Numbered from the stretch's first letter, positions 1 through 10,521 are shown. The stretch is DNA of 64,000 bases from an uncultured virus (IMG/VR IMGVR_UViG_3300028888_000089) (IMGVR_UViG_3300028888_000089), one strand, 5' to 3'. A program made the numbers and translations. The notes: a model not told the origin generated them from the sequence alone.

Positions 1-77
1 ATGGAAGGCCGGGGGGCTGGTTTAAGGGCCTACCCCCCGGGGTTCCAAATTAAATTTATGTTTATGTTTATGTTTTA

Positions 78-356
78 TTATTGATTTTTGCTATCTGAGC
101 CAACAATTTTTACATAAGAGATGCCATCATGTGTCCACGAAATGAGGTTAAGCAGGACAATTTCATCAATCGCTTGCTCTATGTCTTTAGCATATGCTTC
201 ATCACCAAACTGGTGAGAAGTTCTAACAATTCTAGCTAAATAGTCTGATGTGTTATAGCCCATTTGTCGATCATATGCTTCCCAATTATCATAATCTGTC
301 AACGGATTGTACGGGTTGTCAGACGTGCTCAAAGCAATTTCATAGTTGACGTCCAT
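78..356 (-). CDS. Hypothetical phage protein
   Basis: 92 aa ORF with AAGGAG RBS, directly downstream of the RNA polymerase gene. Confidence 0.7.
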   Translation of the reverse strand: MDVNYEIALSTSDNPYNPLTDYDNWEAYDRQMGYNTSDYLARIVRTSHQFGDEAYAKDIEQAIDEIVLLNLISWTHDGISYVKIVGSDSKNQ

Positions 357-387
357 TCAAATATCTCCTTTCTAAGAAGCTTTGAGC

Positions 388-3186
388 TTAAAGCAATGCT
401 TTTTGCAGAGAAGTCACAGACACATCAAGTGCTTCAGCAACTTCTGCTGTGGTTCTACCCTGTTTAAGCATGTTCCGAGCTCTTGTGATCTTAGCAGGTG
501 ACATTATTGGGCTGGATCTAGGCATAGACAGCTGCTTAATTTGATCCATGTCACTATTGTTTAAGATCTTAGTTAAAGTATTATAAGACACTGCATGCGC
601 TTGAATGGCTTCCCATTCTCTTTCTGAAATATCGACAGGTGTCTTCTTAGCACCTACAGCCTCTCTAGCATCCTTTATGAAGCGGCCACGCATCTTTTTA
701 ATCTCGTCATTATCCGCATCAGGGTTCTCTTGAATATATGTCTTAAGCTTTTGCGCCATTAATAACTGAGCTTTTCTTTCAAGGGGTCTATTAAGCTCTG
801 CTAAATATAGCTTTTTGTTAAGAGAATCCACCTCTAATGCATATGCTTTCTTAGCTGATGGAGAATATGCGTCAGGCTTCGTTAAAAGAGCCATCTTACG
901 AGCTTCGTTTGCCAAATTCTTAAGACGATTGGCAAAATTAGCATAAATTGTTTCTTGTATGGTTCCAGAAGATAAGGTAAATGCGTCATCTGTCTCTGCC
1001 ATCTTTGTAGATGTGATCTTTATCCTCTCTTCTTTACCATGCTTATTGATTCTGGTCCTTCCAGTTTCAATATAAATCTTCTCGCCATTGAAATAACGCT
1101 CTCTTTGCTCAGGCGTCATCTTACTAGGGTTGGTTAATAACTTACGTTCATAAGGATGTGCTTCGCCACTCGCTCTTGACATTAATGTAGACGCACCGCT
1201 TCTAGGACCGCCTTGATAAATAGTCTTTAATTCGGCTATCCCATTATCCTCATAAGACTTACGCCAATCCAAATGATGCTTTTCGGCATCGATAATAACC
1301 ATAGAATGCTTAACGGCTCTTGCGATCTCTTCAGAATCAGCGCCTTTAATGGTCATATCGGTTATTAAATTAGATACAAGGCCCATTTCAAGCTGCTTGT
1401 TAAATCCATGATCCTTGTCAACCTTAGGAGCATCCGGTGGAAGTTGATACATGTCGGGTTCAAAGTTCTTTAATGACTCCATTAATGGTCTAGTCTGTAT
1501 TCTATGGCTATCATTAGGAATAACAAGAACTGAATCTCCGTCAAAATCAGCACCTGAAAGCTTCTGAGCAGCAGATGGATGAATGCCAATAGCATCCATA
1601 GCATCTGTTCCATCAGGTCTCTTTAAAATAGATCGAGCTTTTTCATCTCTATTGTTAACGGTTAACTCTGGAATTTCAAATAGTCCAGAATGAGGATATC
1701 TAATAAGAACAACAGACTCACCATCTCTATAATTTGGAGCATAGCATTCGTTCTCTTTTAACCAAGGCATTGGCAAAATAACCTGAGAACGTTGTCTCGG
1801 CATAGATGCGCCTTTTAAATGAACCGCCGCAGCATCGCAATCGTCAGCGAAACTAGAATATAGCTTCTTTCTAACAGCTGGATTAGTCATTAAGCCTATC
1901 TCGTCGAATGCTTCTTTACGAATATCATATGCTTCTTTCAACTGTGAGCGAATTAATGTAGGCTGTTGTTTTCCTAAAAACTGACTAGAAAGGGTTTTTG
2001 CCCAATCGCCCCAGTTTCCTTCCTCATTAACAATGTTTAATGCTGATAAATGCTCTTTTCCGTCTTCTCCAATATAGTGCCTTTGAGCACGAATAAGCTC
2101 CGTGTCCTTCTTAATAGTAGCGCCAAATGGATTATCTGGATCAGCACTAGCTTTAATAGGCTTTAAAACAGATGTATCCGAAGATTCTCCAAATACAGCT
2201 GTGCCTTTGGGCTTATTGGTATTGAAGATAATATCAACGCCAGGCGGCATTTTGCTTTCGTCTGGGGAATATAGAGCCATTCCTTTTAAATAATGTGTTG
2301 GCTCAGTGGCATTAGGATCCTGTTTTACACCAATTCGTACTTGAGCGTATAATGCATTATGCAAATCCAAATCGGCGACACCTCTTCTAAGCTCGATTGT
2401 GCCGTCTCTTTCTTTTCCGCCCTCTTCGCCATACCTGACTAATACCCTTTTTCCATCAATGGCTATTGGTTTTTCGATCTCTCGTATAGAATATCCATGA
2501 TCTTCTGAATAATAGTTAGGAATAGCAAGATCCGCTCTATGCTGATTTATTTCACTCCTCGGAACATCAGCTTTAGTAAGCACTTTTATTGTTGTCTTAT
2601 ATGGGGTTCCTGCTTGCTGAGTTTTAAATGTCGTAATTTTATATCCTTCATCCTGAAGTAAAATACAAACATTCTTCAATTTTTGTTCGCTTACATTTAA
2701 TCTGAGTTCTGTACCACCACCGACATCAACATATTTCTTTTCTTCAACGGTGTTTTTAAGAACATTCATTAAATCTTCTGTTTGCTTAGCTCTTAAATCG
2801 CTTTTTTCTTTTAATAATGAGCGAACTGAGCTCTCATTTGGCAAACCCATTCTTTTAGCAATGGCCGGATTAGAATATCCTTTTTCTTTAAGCTTCATAG
2901 CCATAGCTGCTCGTTCTCTACGAAGAGTATCTGATGCATAAGATATCTTAGCACGAAGAACAGAAGTAGTCATATCCATGCTTTTGGCTATTTCTTTTTC
3001 AGTTAGGCCTTTGTCCTTTAATTTCTGAACATTAGCCAGAAAATCTTCATGCCTTTGATAAGGATTATCGCCAGAACCCCAAGGATATCTACCAGAATGA
3101 CGAGGAGTGCCATAGTGTTCGAGATAAGCATCGTCTTCTAAATATATCTCATCAAGATAAACCTCATTATGGTCCCATTCTTGCAT
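388..3186 (-). CDS. Single-polypeptide two-barrel (YonO/RdRP-like) DNA-dependent RNA polymerase with HTH domains
   Basis: 932 aa; catalytic LSGADFDGD (cf. NADFDGD of beta-prime); upstream IRYPH (RxP) motif; N- and C-terminal HTH-like segments; N-terminal HYGTPRHSGRYPWGSG motif. Confidence 0.8.
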   Translation of the reverse strand: MQEWDHNEVYLDEIYLEDDAYLEHYGTPRHSGRYPWGSGDNPYQRHEDFLANVQKLKDKGLTEKEIAKSMDMTTSVLRAKISYASDTLRRERAAMAMKLKEKGYSNPAIAKRMGLPNESSVRSLLKEKSDLRAKQTEDLMNVLKNTVEEKKYVDVGGGTELRLNVSEQKLKNVCILLQDEGYKITTFKTQQAGTPYKTTIKVLTKADVPRSEINQHRADLAIPNYYSEDHGYSIREIEKPIAIDGKRVLVRYGEEGGKERDGTIELRRGVADLDLHNALYAQVRIGVKQDPNATEPTHYLKGMALYSPDESKMPPGVDIIFNTNKPKGTAVFGESSDTSVLKPIKASADPDNPFGATIKKDTELIRAQRHYIGEDGKEHLSALNIVNEEGNWGDWAKTLSSQFLGKQQPTLIRSQLKEAYDIRKEAFDEIGLMTNPAVRKKLYSSFADDCDAAAVHLKGASMPRQRSQVILPMPWLKENECYAPNYRDGESVVLIRYPHSGLFEIPELTVNNRDEKARSILKRPDGTDAMDAIGIHPSAAQKLSGADFDGDSVLVIPNDSHRIQTRPLMESLKNFEPDMYQLPPDAPKVDKDHGFNKQLEMGLVSNLITDMTIKGADSEEIARAVKHSMVIIDAEKHHLDWRKSYEDNGIAELKTIYQGGPRSGASTLMSRASGEAHPYERKLLTNPSKMTPEQRERYFNGEKIYIETGRTRINKHGKEERIKITSTKMAETDDAFTLSSGTIQETIYANFANRLKNLANEARKMALLTKPDAYSPSAKKAYALEVDSLNKKLYLAELNRPLERKAQLLMAQKLKTYIQENPDADNDEIKKMRGRFIKDAREAVGAKKTPVDISEREWEAIQAHAVSYNTLTKILNNSDMDQIKQLSMPRSSPIMSPAKITRARNMLKQGRTTAEVAEALDVSVTSLQKALL

Positions 3187-3187
3187 A

Positions 3188-3832
3188 TCAGATTCCCTCC
3201 ATCATATTCTTTGTTAGCACAGAATTTCCATGAACTATCTTTTTCATAGTCGTTTTAATATCTTCTGTTGTTGGATTGCACACTTTTATTTCTTGACTAT
3301 GATAAAGTCTAAGCTCGACCTTCATGGAGTCAGGATGAAAATCCCTTTTGTATTCTAAAAAGAACAAACCGGCATAGCATAATAACTGGTCCATGTGTGC
3401 AGGAGTGACACCAGTTTTTAAATCAAATATCCTAAGCCAATTTCTTCTAACGCCAATAGCGTCTGCCGTGCCAAAACAAAGATCTGAATATTTAAGAACC
3501 ACTTCACTATCCATTTTAAAACCAATGCAGTCGTTTACATATGGCACTAAAATATCAAATATTCGATCCAAGTCTATAACTCTAAACGGAATACCGTTTT
3601 TCATTAAATGGAGTAGCAAACCATTTTTAGCTTCGTCGTTTTCTGAATCAAGGGGTAAGCGATATTTTATTCTATCGCAAGCATACTCATGAACTAGTGT
3701 CCCAATATCCGTAGCAAAACTAGAAGCATATGATTTTAGTAATCCTTCATCATCATAATTAAGCCAATAATGTTTACTCGGGCTTAATATAGCGTGTCGT
3801 CCTTCAAGCTCTGAATGCTTGTTGAAGATCAT
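3188..3832 (-). CDS. PD-(D/E)xK exonuclease-like protein (Cas4/DUF2800-like)
   Basis: LSPS, GTLVH, E...FGTADAI, IFDLKTG and QLLCY motifs. Confidence 0.75.
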   Translation of the reverse strand: MIFNKHSELEGRHAILSPSKHYWLNYDDEGLLKSYASSFATDIGTLVHEYACDRIKYRLPLDSENDEAKNGLLLHLMKNGIPFRVIDLDRIFDILVPYVNDCIGFKMDSEVVLKYSDLCFGTADAIGVRRNWLRIFDLKTGVTPAHMDQLLCYAGLFFLEYKRDFHPDSMKVELRLYHSQEIKVCNPTTEDIKTTMKKIVHGNSVLTKNMMEGI

Positions 3833-4097
3833 TTAAAACTTCCTCCTCATTTTCGGGACAAATAAAAGCAGCAAAAGACATCTGCTTTCCTTTGTCAATG
3901 TAATATTGCTGATTCGGTTGTTTATGAGCTTCGCTTTCTATTTTGCATTCTAATAAGGCCCATTTGTTTTTCCATAAAACTGTCAAATCTGGAATTCCCT
4001 GAATGTAATTAGGATCATTTTTCATAACTATGCATCCAGGGAACATAGCCATAAGCTTTTTTTTAAGTTTAGCTTGGTACTGACTTTCTTTAGTCAA
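3804..4097 (-). CDS. VRR-NUC domain nuclease / Holliday junction resolvase
   Basis: KESQYQ, GIPDL, LECK and QPNQ motifs; start reassigned to TTG at 4097 because the longer ORF overlaps a terminator and an ncRNA. Confidence 0.75.
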   Translation of the reverse strand: MTKESQYQAKLKKKLMAMFPGCIVMKNDPNYIQGIPDLTVLWKNKWALLECKIESEAHKQPNQQYYIDKGKQMSFAAFICPENEEEVLNDLQQAFRA

Positions 4098-4116
4098 TGG
4101 AAAAACATCCTTTCTA

Positions 4117-4148
4117 AGAAAAAAATAACAAACCATGTTCGGTTTGTT
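4117..4148 (-). terminator. Intrinsic terminator after the orphan Y-like RNA
   Basis: AACAAACC/GGTTTGTT hairpin followed by a U-tract on the minus strand. Confidence 0.65.
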
Positions 4149-4152
4149 AAAG

Positions 4153-4225
4153 AAGCAGACAAAAAGCGAGAACGGTACAATGTCAAATCCCAAATTCGAA
4201 GTAACCGTTCCCTGCAGTTCTGCTT
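4153..4225 (-). ncRNA. Orphan Y-RNA-like hairpin RNA carrying a tRNA-Pro(UGG) anticodon stem-loop
   Basis: 63/73 identical to the unit at 38446-38518, with compensatory changes; UACUUC motif; UCGAA-UUUGGGA-UUUGA. Confidence 0.75.
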
Positions 4226-4269
4226 GGAGAATTGAAAAATATCAAAGAATGCTAAAAGCACTCTCTCTC

Positions 4270-4294
4270 CATATCAGTCCATGTTTTTCACGCG
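4270..4294 (-). promoter_or_regulatory. Phage-specific promoter-like motif (copy upstream of the orphan Y-like RNA)
   Basis: CGCGTGAAAAACATGGACTGATATG matches consensus CGC-N6-AACA-N7-TAATG. Confidence 0.6.
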
Positions 4295-4316
4295 AGGGCC
4301 AAATTTTGAAAGAATA

Positions 4317-5525
4317 TCAATAAAGACTTTTTAAGAAAGCGCTCTCATTAAAGCTCTTTTTGTTTCGTAGTGCTCTAGCGATTGCCAAATCTATTTTACT
4401 CATACTAACGATGTGGTAATAATATAAATCGACGAATGGCGTATTTAGTCTATCTATTCTACCAGCTGCCTGAACCATTGCTTTGTAGCTATAACTTTGA
4501 GAATAGAAAATAATGGTGTCAGTCGTAATGCAATTCCATCCTTCTGCTCCTGCTGAATACTGAACAAGATAGGCCCAAGTATCTCCTGTCGGAAGCGGTT
4601 CATGTTTGTGTCCATTCCATTCGGCAGTAGGAATATCCAATGTCCTCAAAATATCAAGTTCGTAGTCATAATTGTAAAAGATTATGGCTTTCGGGTGAGC
4701 TTTCATCACCTCCTTGATTTTTTGAAGCCTGGATGGATCACTTCCAACGATCCTTCGTAGCGTTTGGCATAACTCACTGGATTCCATTATTGGTTGATCT
4801 TTAAAAAAGTTCCATCTAGTTTTCATAGTTGCGTCATAAATATCCTTATCGAATCCTACAACTACTTTTTCATGATGAGGGATGGTATCTCTATGAAAAT
4901 CCATAGTCACCAATATGCTACTTCTCAGGCGATTAAGATGCTTTTCTTCTACAAAACGGCTAACTTGAGGATACTTTGCAAATCTGTTGTATACGACATG
5001 GCGACGACAAAATTCAGTTTTGTTTTTATAAAATCCATTAGCTATAAAAACAGGAATGTAGTCCATCCATGTGTCGCCTGGTGTTGCACTTAGTAAAATC
5101 CATTTATTGTTTTTTGTAATTTTTAAAAAGTTTTTAACCCAAGTGCCATATCCAACAACTCTTTGCTCGTCAAATAGAAAAAAGCAATCTTTTACCGATA
5201 TATATTTGCCTATATTATTCCAGCTATCGATTGTAACACAAACTCCACCTATACTGCATTCACGATTTGTACTTAAGCCAAACTTCATGCATTCATGTTC
5301 CCATTCAAAGGTGTCTCTCTTTCTAGCCGTAGTTATTATGAAAATATCAATGGGCTTTCTTGGGAACTCTCTTGTCATATAATAAGCTATGCCAGTTATA
5401 CTTTTACCGCTACCAACACCACCACATAGGATGGAGCCGGTGTGTAGCTTTTCAAGCGCCTGCTTTTGGTGCTCAAATAATTCTACTTGCATTCTTTCAG
5501 ACTCCATCCTATGTTGAAATATCAA
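4317..5525 (-). CDS. SF2 (DEAD/SNF2-like) DNA helicase
   Basis: GVGSGKS Walker A, FDEQ, LSATPG, AGAEGWN and QAAGRIDR motifs; true start may be a downstream ATG. Confidence 0.9.
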   Translation of the reverse strand: MIFQHRMESERMQVELFEHQKQALEKLHTGSILCGGVGSGKSITGIAYYMTREFPRKPIDIFIITTARKRDTFEWEHECMKFGLSTNRECSIGGVCVTIDSWNNIGKYISVKDCFFLFDEQRVVGYGTWVKNFLKITKNNKWILLSATPGDTWMDYIPVFIANGFYKNKTEFCRRHVVYNRFAKYPQVSRFVEEKHLNRLRSSILVTMDFHRDTIPHHEKVVVGFDKDIYDATMKTRWNFFKDQPIMESSELCQTLRRIVGSDPSRLQKIKEVMKAHPKAIIFYNYDYELDILRTLDIPTAEWNGHKHEPLPTGDTWAYLVQYSAGAEGWNCITTDTIIFYSQSYSYKAMVQAAGRIDRLNTPFVDLYYYHIVSMSKIDLAIARALRNKKSFNESAFLKSLY

Positions 5526-5528
5526 TCG

Positions 5529-6089
5529 TTACCAACGATCATCTGTTTCGGGATCGATGTCGATTCCGTCCATCATTTCAGCCATGTCATTGTCCGTGCT
5601 AACTTGAACAACCATCTTTTTAAGATAAGCAACAACTCCGGTATATGTTTTACTATCCATATATCGTCCGGTTATGGTCAAATTACATTTAAGAATTTCA
5701 TCACTATCTAAGGCTTTAACAGTATCCTCATCTAAACGAATCTGCTCACCATTAACAACCTTAATAATCATAGGATTAAGTCCACTCCTACTATCATCAA
5801 GAGGGAACCAATTAGCATGTACCCTTAAGAAACAGCTAGGAACATCATCAGGATCTTCAGGATTTGGCTTTCCAACCTTCACATTCCAACCTTCTTCCTG
5901 AAGCTTAGCAATATTGACTTTATCAGGATCAAGGAAAATACTAAAATTTCTAGCTCCTGGTCTATCGAATTTTCCAGGATTATTTCCACTAAAATTACGA
6001 GTCCTCATAACGATTCGAGCGTCTTTGATAACCAACGGCTCAATAAATTTTTTAGTTGCATTGTTTTCATAAGGTGCCATAAATATCAA
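5529..6089 (-). CDS. Putative single-stranded DNA-binding protein
   Basis: RNFSG..F...GARNF motif, acidic C-terminal tail, position between polymerase and helicase. Confidence 0.65.
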   Translation of the reverse strand: MIFMAPYENNATKKFIEPLVIKDARIVMRTRNFSGNNPGKFDRPGARNFSIFLDPDKVNIAKLQEEGWNVKVGKPNPEDPDDVPSCFLRVHANWFPLDDSRSGLNPMIIKVVNGEQIRLDEDTVKALDSDEILKCNLTITGRYMDSKTYTGVVAYLKKMVVQVSTDNDMAEMMDGIDIDPETDDRW

Positions 6090-6109
6090 TACTCCTTTTT
6101 AAATATTTT

Positions 6110-9100
6110 TTACCATGGTGGATTTAATGATTTGTCGTACTTTTCGAACATTTTGTCGCTGTTGTCTAATACATCATCGATTGACATAGAAGAAGGCATC
6201 GAATCCATTTTTGATGCCTCATCTGCGAAAATATCAAAATTTCCAAACTTATTGATTGCTTCTTTTGCTGTTTCAGCTAAACTCTCAAAATACTTCATGT
6301 CTATCATGTCCATTCGATCGGCGCTCTTAAGAGTTTCGCCTTCTCTCCATCTGAAGCCCTTACTTCCAGTTGCCGCTGAGTATTTTCCATCTTTTTCTCT
6401 TACAAGAATTCCGCCATCAAATCCTATCTTAACAGGACAGAAACTACCAGCTTTACCAACAAATACATAGTTATGCCCTTTAGCTATAAGCTTCTCCAAC
6501 TCGTACATCCTATTTGAAATATCAATAAGCAGTTTAGTTTGTTCATCTTTTGGAATATTAGTATTACTGCTCATTCTATTTCGCCATTCGTCTTCGGTTA
6601 CACCATTTTCTTCTCCATATTCTTTAAATAACTTTTTGAACTTAGACTGAAGTTTCGAATATTCAGCTTCTTCAGCACTAACATCAACTAATCTTTCATT
6701 AAAGTCTAAATATAAAGCACTGGTTACTGTCTTCGTTTCACACAAATCTTTGAACTCAATATCTCTATGACTGAATAAAGTCTTAAATACATATGGATGC
6801 TGGAATTGAGCACCGGTTGCAGTCCACCTTGTAGGCTCTGGCTTGTTTTCTTTCTCTGCTTTTTTACATTCCTTAAGCCAGCCTGGATCAGTTTTATCTC
6901 TTAATGCAATATAAACAGCATCATTAACAAGACAAATCCTTTCATATACATCCTCTACTTCAAATGTGTAACCATACTCTTTTCCTCGACTTAAAATATA
7001 GTTTGTCACATCCTCTGTGGGATTAACAATCTTGATTGAGTCGGTTTTAATATGAACAACCTTTGCGCCCATTGCTTGAACTCTGAGACGAAGGTTTTCC
7101 ATAAATAACGCTCCGCGCTTTGCCACCCAGTTATCTTTATTTCTCGGATCTCTAAACTTGTTATCAAAGCTCGCTGCTGTTAACCCATAAACACTATTAA
7201 TTGCAATCTTCAACGCTTTGCTAAGAGCGTCTGCTTGTTCCTCATTAGTCAAATATTTAGCAAGCTTTCCATCAAGCATCTTTCTGGCTGTTTCAAAATC
7301 CCTATGCTTAATTGCTATACGAATATCCATAAGCTGCTTAAAACGCTCTGTATACTTACCAAATCCATTTTCAGCAATAATGCTCGAAGGATGCATACTA
7401 GCAACGTCATATGTAACAACATTCTGATAAATGCCAGGATTTGCATAAACCCTTCCGCCTTCGCCTACTTCAACATCAATATCCACTAAATTACTATTTT
7501 TAGGATTTAGCCTAACATGATCCTCTCCATACTTCTCTATTAGCAATGGTATAGCTTTTTCTTTACTTTCTTTAAGAATCTCAGAATGAGTATAGTAGCT
7601 TTTACCATTAACAAAAGAATATCCTGGAAATTCTTCTTTAAGATTCGGATAAATAAATTGAGTTTGAGGCTTTTCATCATTACCAAAAATAATTCTTGTA
7701 GTAAGCATATTAGTAGTGTCATTAACGGACATGCCAGCGATATCAGCAAGAATTTCTCGCGCCTTAAAATCACCTGCTAAATGATTGAAGACGGCTTCTG
7801 TTGCAATGACGTCGTTGTCACAATATTCCGCAACGAGAGCCCATTTATCTTCCGGAACAGGTTTATCCCAAGGAAGCCCTAATTCCTGATGATGGATGCC
7901 TAATTCAATTTCCCACTTTTTCAGACTTTGTTTTGTCGCCGCAAAGTCGTGCACATCTGTATAAGAAATATCATAAGCGTTTCCAAACATTGCGTTTTTA
8001 CTTTCATTAATAATCCTTTGACTTAACCTGTATATGGCTGGAATGTCATAGCCCATAGCTCTGGCATATAGAATATGGTTGTCATAGCGCCGACAGTTAA
8101 AGCCAACTAGCTTTTTCTTAAATAATGCTCTGACTTCTTCTTTAGAAGGATTTATCATCCTTACACAGCCTTTACCTTCGCCTGCTTCTTTCCAATTAAC
8201 CAATAATAAATTAGGAAACACTTCAATATCGAAGAACACCAAAGGCTCGTCAACTGGTTCTATTCTATTCGGCATTTTATCCATTGGGGTCATCATAGCA
8301 TCTATTCTTTTATCTGAATTACTTTTTGAGTTTAAGCTTCCATCCCACTTTTTATCATTCTCAAAACTTTTTCCTGTAACTTTAAGCTCTTCACACATCT
8401 TCATACAAAATTGCTTTTGATGATGACTTGATGCTGCAAATGCTCTAATTGCTGGAAGCATATCACGAATATCATAGTTGACGCCTTCATTATATGCATC
8501 ATCCAAGGTCTTCTTAATCAAACTCATTGCTGGAGTAGTATAAGGCTGAGCAATATCTTTCTTTAAACACTTTGCAATAATATTTCTTATATGCTTCTCA
8601 TCTTGAACACTCTTAAAATCAATCAACTGGCCTTTTGATACCTCCTTTTTAGGTAATCCACAAGCTAGTACAGCTATTGGCAATTTATTACAGAGGCTCA
8701 GCCTTCGTCTTAAACTTTGTTTTCCAGATAAAACCTTTATTTCAATATCTTTCGAATATTGCTGTGCTAGCTCATCTGGATCTCCATCATAAATGTAGTG
8801 AAGATGAATTCCTTTTCCGCCTTGACTATACTCAGCATAAGTTTTAGGCCACTTGTCTGCGGCTTCAAGATTTAATAAAGCATCCTTTTCACCTTTTTCA
8901 TTCTTCAAATCAAAATCAATAACAATATGATTCTTAGGAAGTCTCACAAAATGAAGTTTTGTCGTATCAATATTTTTTAAAGTGGTTTCAACTTTATCCC
9001 AAGCAATCCGAGGTTTACTTCCGCCATCTTCTTTTTCTTCTGCATATTGAGCTGGGCAATCTTTTAAAATATCATCTAGCAATGAAACCTTCTGATCTAA

Positions 9101-10489
9101 CACAAGACCAAATGTCTTTTCATTATGAGGTATCACTTTTTGTCCAGTATATCCAGATTTTAATTTACTAACATCAATTTCTGTATACCAGCCTCTAACT
9201 GTTTCTTTATTAATTTTCTTATACTCATCAAATTTAACAAAATAGCTTTTAAGCTCCTCCTTAAATGCAGGTCTACGCATGTAATTAGTCATGCCAATTT
9301 CTTCACAATACATTTCCCACATCCCAAAAGCTTCAGCTATACTAATTCCTTCTTCTTTATTAAGTTCTTCAAATTTATCAAGAACAAAATTGTAAACAGG
9401 ATTCGTTCTTTCAATCATATCGAATGGTTTATAACCATTGTATGCGTTCTTTCCTAACTTATTAAATACTTCAAGGCAATGATAAGCTATTCCACTTAAT
9501 TCAAATTCAATCTGGCCCATTAATTGATCATATTCCCTTTTAGGAATAGTTATACCTGTTGGAGTAACATCGATCAGTCTTCTCATAATACCAGACTTAC
9601 TATCTGTAATTTGTACAGGTTTATTTGATGCCATAAATAAGAAGCAACGAGGCTTAAAATTATAGCTTTGCTTCCTCTTCTCATTCATTAATATAGTTTC
9701 GTGGCTAACAAGACTATTTAATTTTGTATTATCTTCAATTTTAGATAAGTCGCCATCCATCTGAAGCGCAATCAATGGATTGCTTCTAAATTGTTCAAAT
9801 GCAAAATTATTAGTGTTACTGCTTAAACTCTTTGCATCAAATACTTCATAATATCCAGGAAACAACTTTTGTATAATACTAAGTATAGTTCCCTTACCAG
9901 CTCCAGGTGCACCATATAAAACAACAAACTTTTGAATCTCTTTACTTTCTCCGCTAATAATAGATCCAATTGCCCATTCAATCTTTTCTCTTTCACTTGG
10001 AGCATAAAGAGTACTTAATATCTTATCCCATGCGGCATAGGATCCTTGTTGAAGTTTATATGGCAACTTCTTAGAAATGTAATCTTTAGGATTGACTTGA
10101 TCCTCATCGAAACAGAGCTTGTCATCTAATTGATGAAAGTGATCTGGAAGATTACTTACATACATCTTATACTCGACCCATGATCGACTTCTATTGTTTA
10201 GCATCTCCATGACATTAACATGACAATGCTTTGGATCATCGGCCTTCATTCTCAAAATATCTTTATTAGTTTGTGCATATACTAATAGCTCCTCATCGAC
10301 ATACTGCTGAACTTTAAACTCATCGGTTTCCCAAAATCCAGTATTCCTATTTAATACTGCATAAAACTTTCCGCCTCGTGTCATTAAATGGCTACTCGGT
10401 CTCACAAGAAATTCTGGAAAAATATCAATGTACGTCTCTGTCTTCTTTTGCATCACTCTATGTTTGACCTTTAAAAAATCAAGCTCCAT
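6110..10489 (-). CDS. Multifunctional replicase: SF3/D5-like helicase + AEP primase + 3'-5' exonuclease + family B DNA polymerase
   Basis: GAPGAGKGT and MASNK (helicase); VIDFDLK and GIHLHY (primase); FFDIEVF and YCDND (exonuclease); YDVASMHPS, KIAINSVYG and KTDS (PolB). Confidence 0.85.
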   Translation of the reverse strand: MELDFLKVKHRVMQKKTETYIDIFPEFLVRPSSHLMTRGGKFYAVLNRNTGFWETDEFKVQQYVDEELLVYAQTNKDILRMKADDPKHCHVNVMEMLNNRSRSWVEYKMYVSNLPDHFHQLDDKLCFDEDQVNPKDYISKKLPYKLQQGSYAAWDKILSTLYAPSEREKIEWAIGSIISGESKEIQKFVVLYGAPGAGKGTILSIIQKLFPGYYEVFDAKSLSSNTNNFAFEQFRSNPLIALQMDGDLSKIEDNTKLNSLVSHETILMNEKRKQSYNFKPRCFLFMASNKPVQITDSKSGIMRRLIDVTPTGITIPKREYDQLMGQIEFELSGIAYHCLEVFNKLGKNAYNGYKPFDMIERTNPVYNFVLDKFEELNKEEGISIAEAFGMWEMYCEEIGMTNYMRRPAFKEELKSYFVKFDEYKKINKETVRGWYTEIDVSKLKSGYTGQKVIPHNEKTFGLVLDQKVSLLDDILKDCPAQYAEEKEDGGSKPRIAWDKVETTLKNIDTTKLHFVRLPKNHIVIDFDLKNEKGEKDALLNLEAADKWPKTYAEYSQGGKGIHLHYIYDGDPDELAQQYSKDIEIKVLSGKQSLRRRLSLCNKLPIAVLACGLPKKEVSKGQLIDFKSVQDEKHIRNIIAKCLKKDIAQPYTTPAMSLIKKTLDDAYNEGVNYDIRDMLPAIRAFAASSHHQKQFCMKMCEELKVTGKSFENDKKWDGSLNSKSNSDKRIDAMMTPMDKMPNRIEPVDEPLVFFDIEVFPNLLLVNWKEAGEGKGCVRMINPSKEEVRALFKKKLVGFNCRRYDNHILYARAMGYDIPAIYRLSQRIINESKNAMFGNAYDISYTDVHDFAATKQSLKKWEIELGIHHQELGLPWDKPVPEDKWALVAEYCDNDVIATEAVFNHLAGDFKAREILADIAGMSVNDTTNMLTTRIIFGNDEKPQTQFIYPNLKEEFPGYSFVNGKSYYTHSEILKESKEKAIPLLIEKYGEDHVRLNPKNSNLVDIDVEVGEGGRVYANPGIYQNVVTYDVASMHPSSIIAENGFGKYTERFKQLMDIRIAIKHRDFETARKMLDGKLAKYLTNEEQADALSKALKIAINSVYGLTAASFDNKFRDPRNKDNWVAKRGALFMENLRLRVQAMGAKVVHIKTDSIKIVNPTEDVTNYILSRGKEYGYTFEVEDVYERICLVNDAVYIALRDKTDPGWLKECKKAEKENKPEPTRWTATGAQFQHPYVFKTLFSHRDIEFKDLCETKTVTSALYLDFNERLVDVSAEEAEYSKLQSKFKKLFKEYGEENGVTEDEWRNRMSSNTNIPKDEQTKLLIDISNRMYELEKLIAKGHNYVFVGKAGSFCPVKIGFDGGILVREKDGKYSAATGSKGFRWREGETLKSADRMDMIDMKYFESLAETAKEAINKFGNFDIFADEASKMDSMPSSMSIDDVLDNSDKMFEKYDKSLNPPW

Positions 10490-10521
10490 TCATGACTCAA
10501 TCCTCCTTTCTTTTAGGCTCT

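Noticed and set aside
3188..3832. Cas4 as part of a CRISPR adaptation module
   Set aside because: No Fe-S cysteine cluster and no cas1/cas2; it sits in the replication operon like common phage exonucleases
6110..10489. Intein or intron explaining the large polymerase
   Set aside because: The length is accounted for by four recognisable domains; no splicing or LAGLIDADG motifs seen
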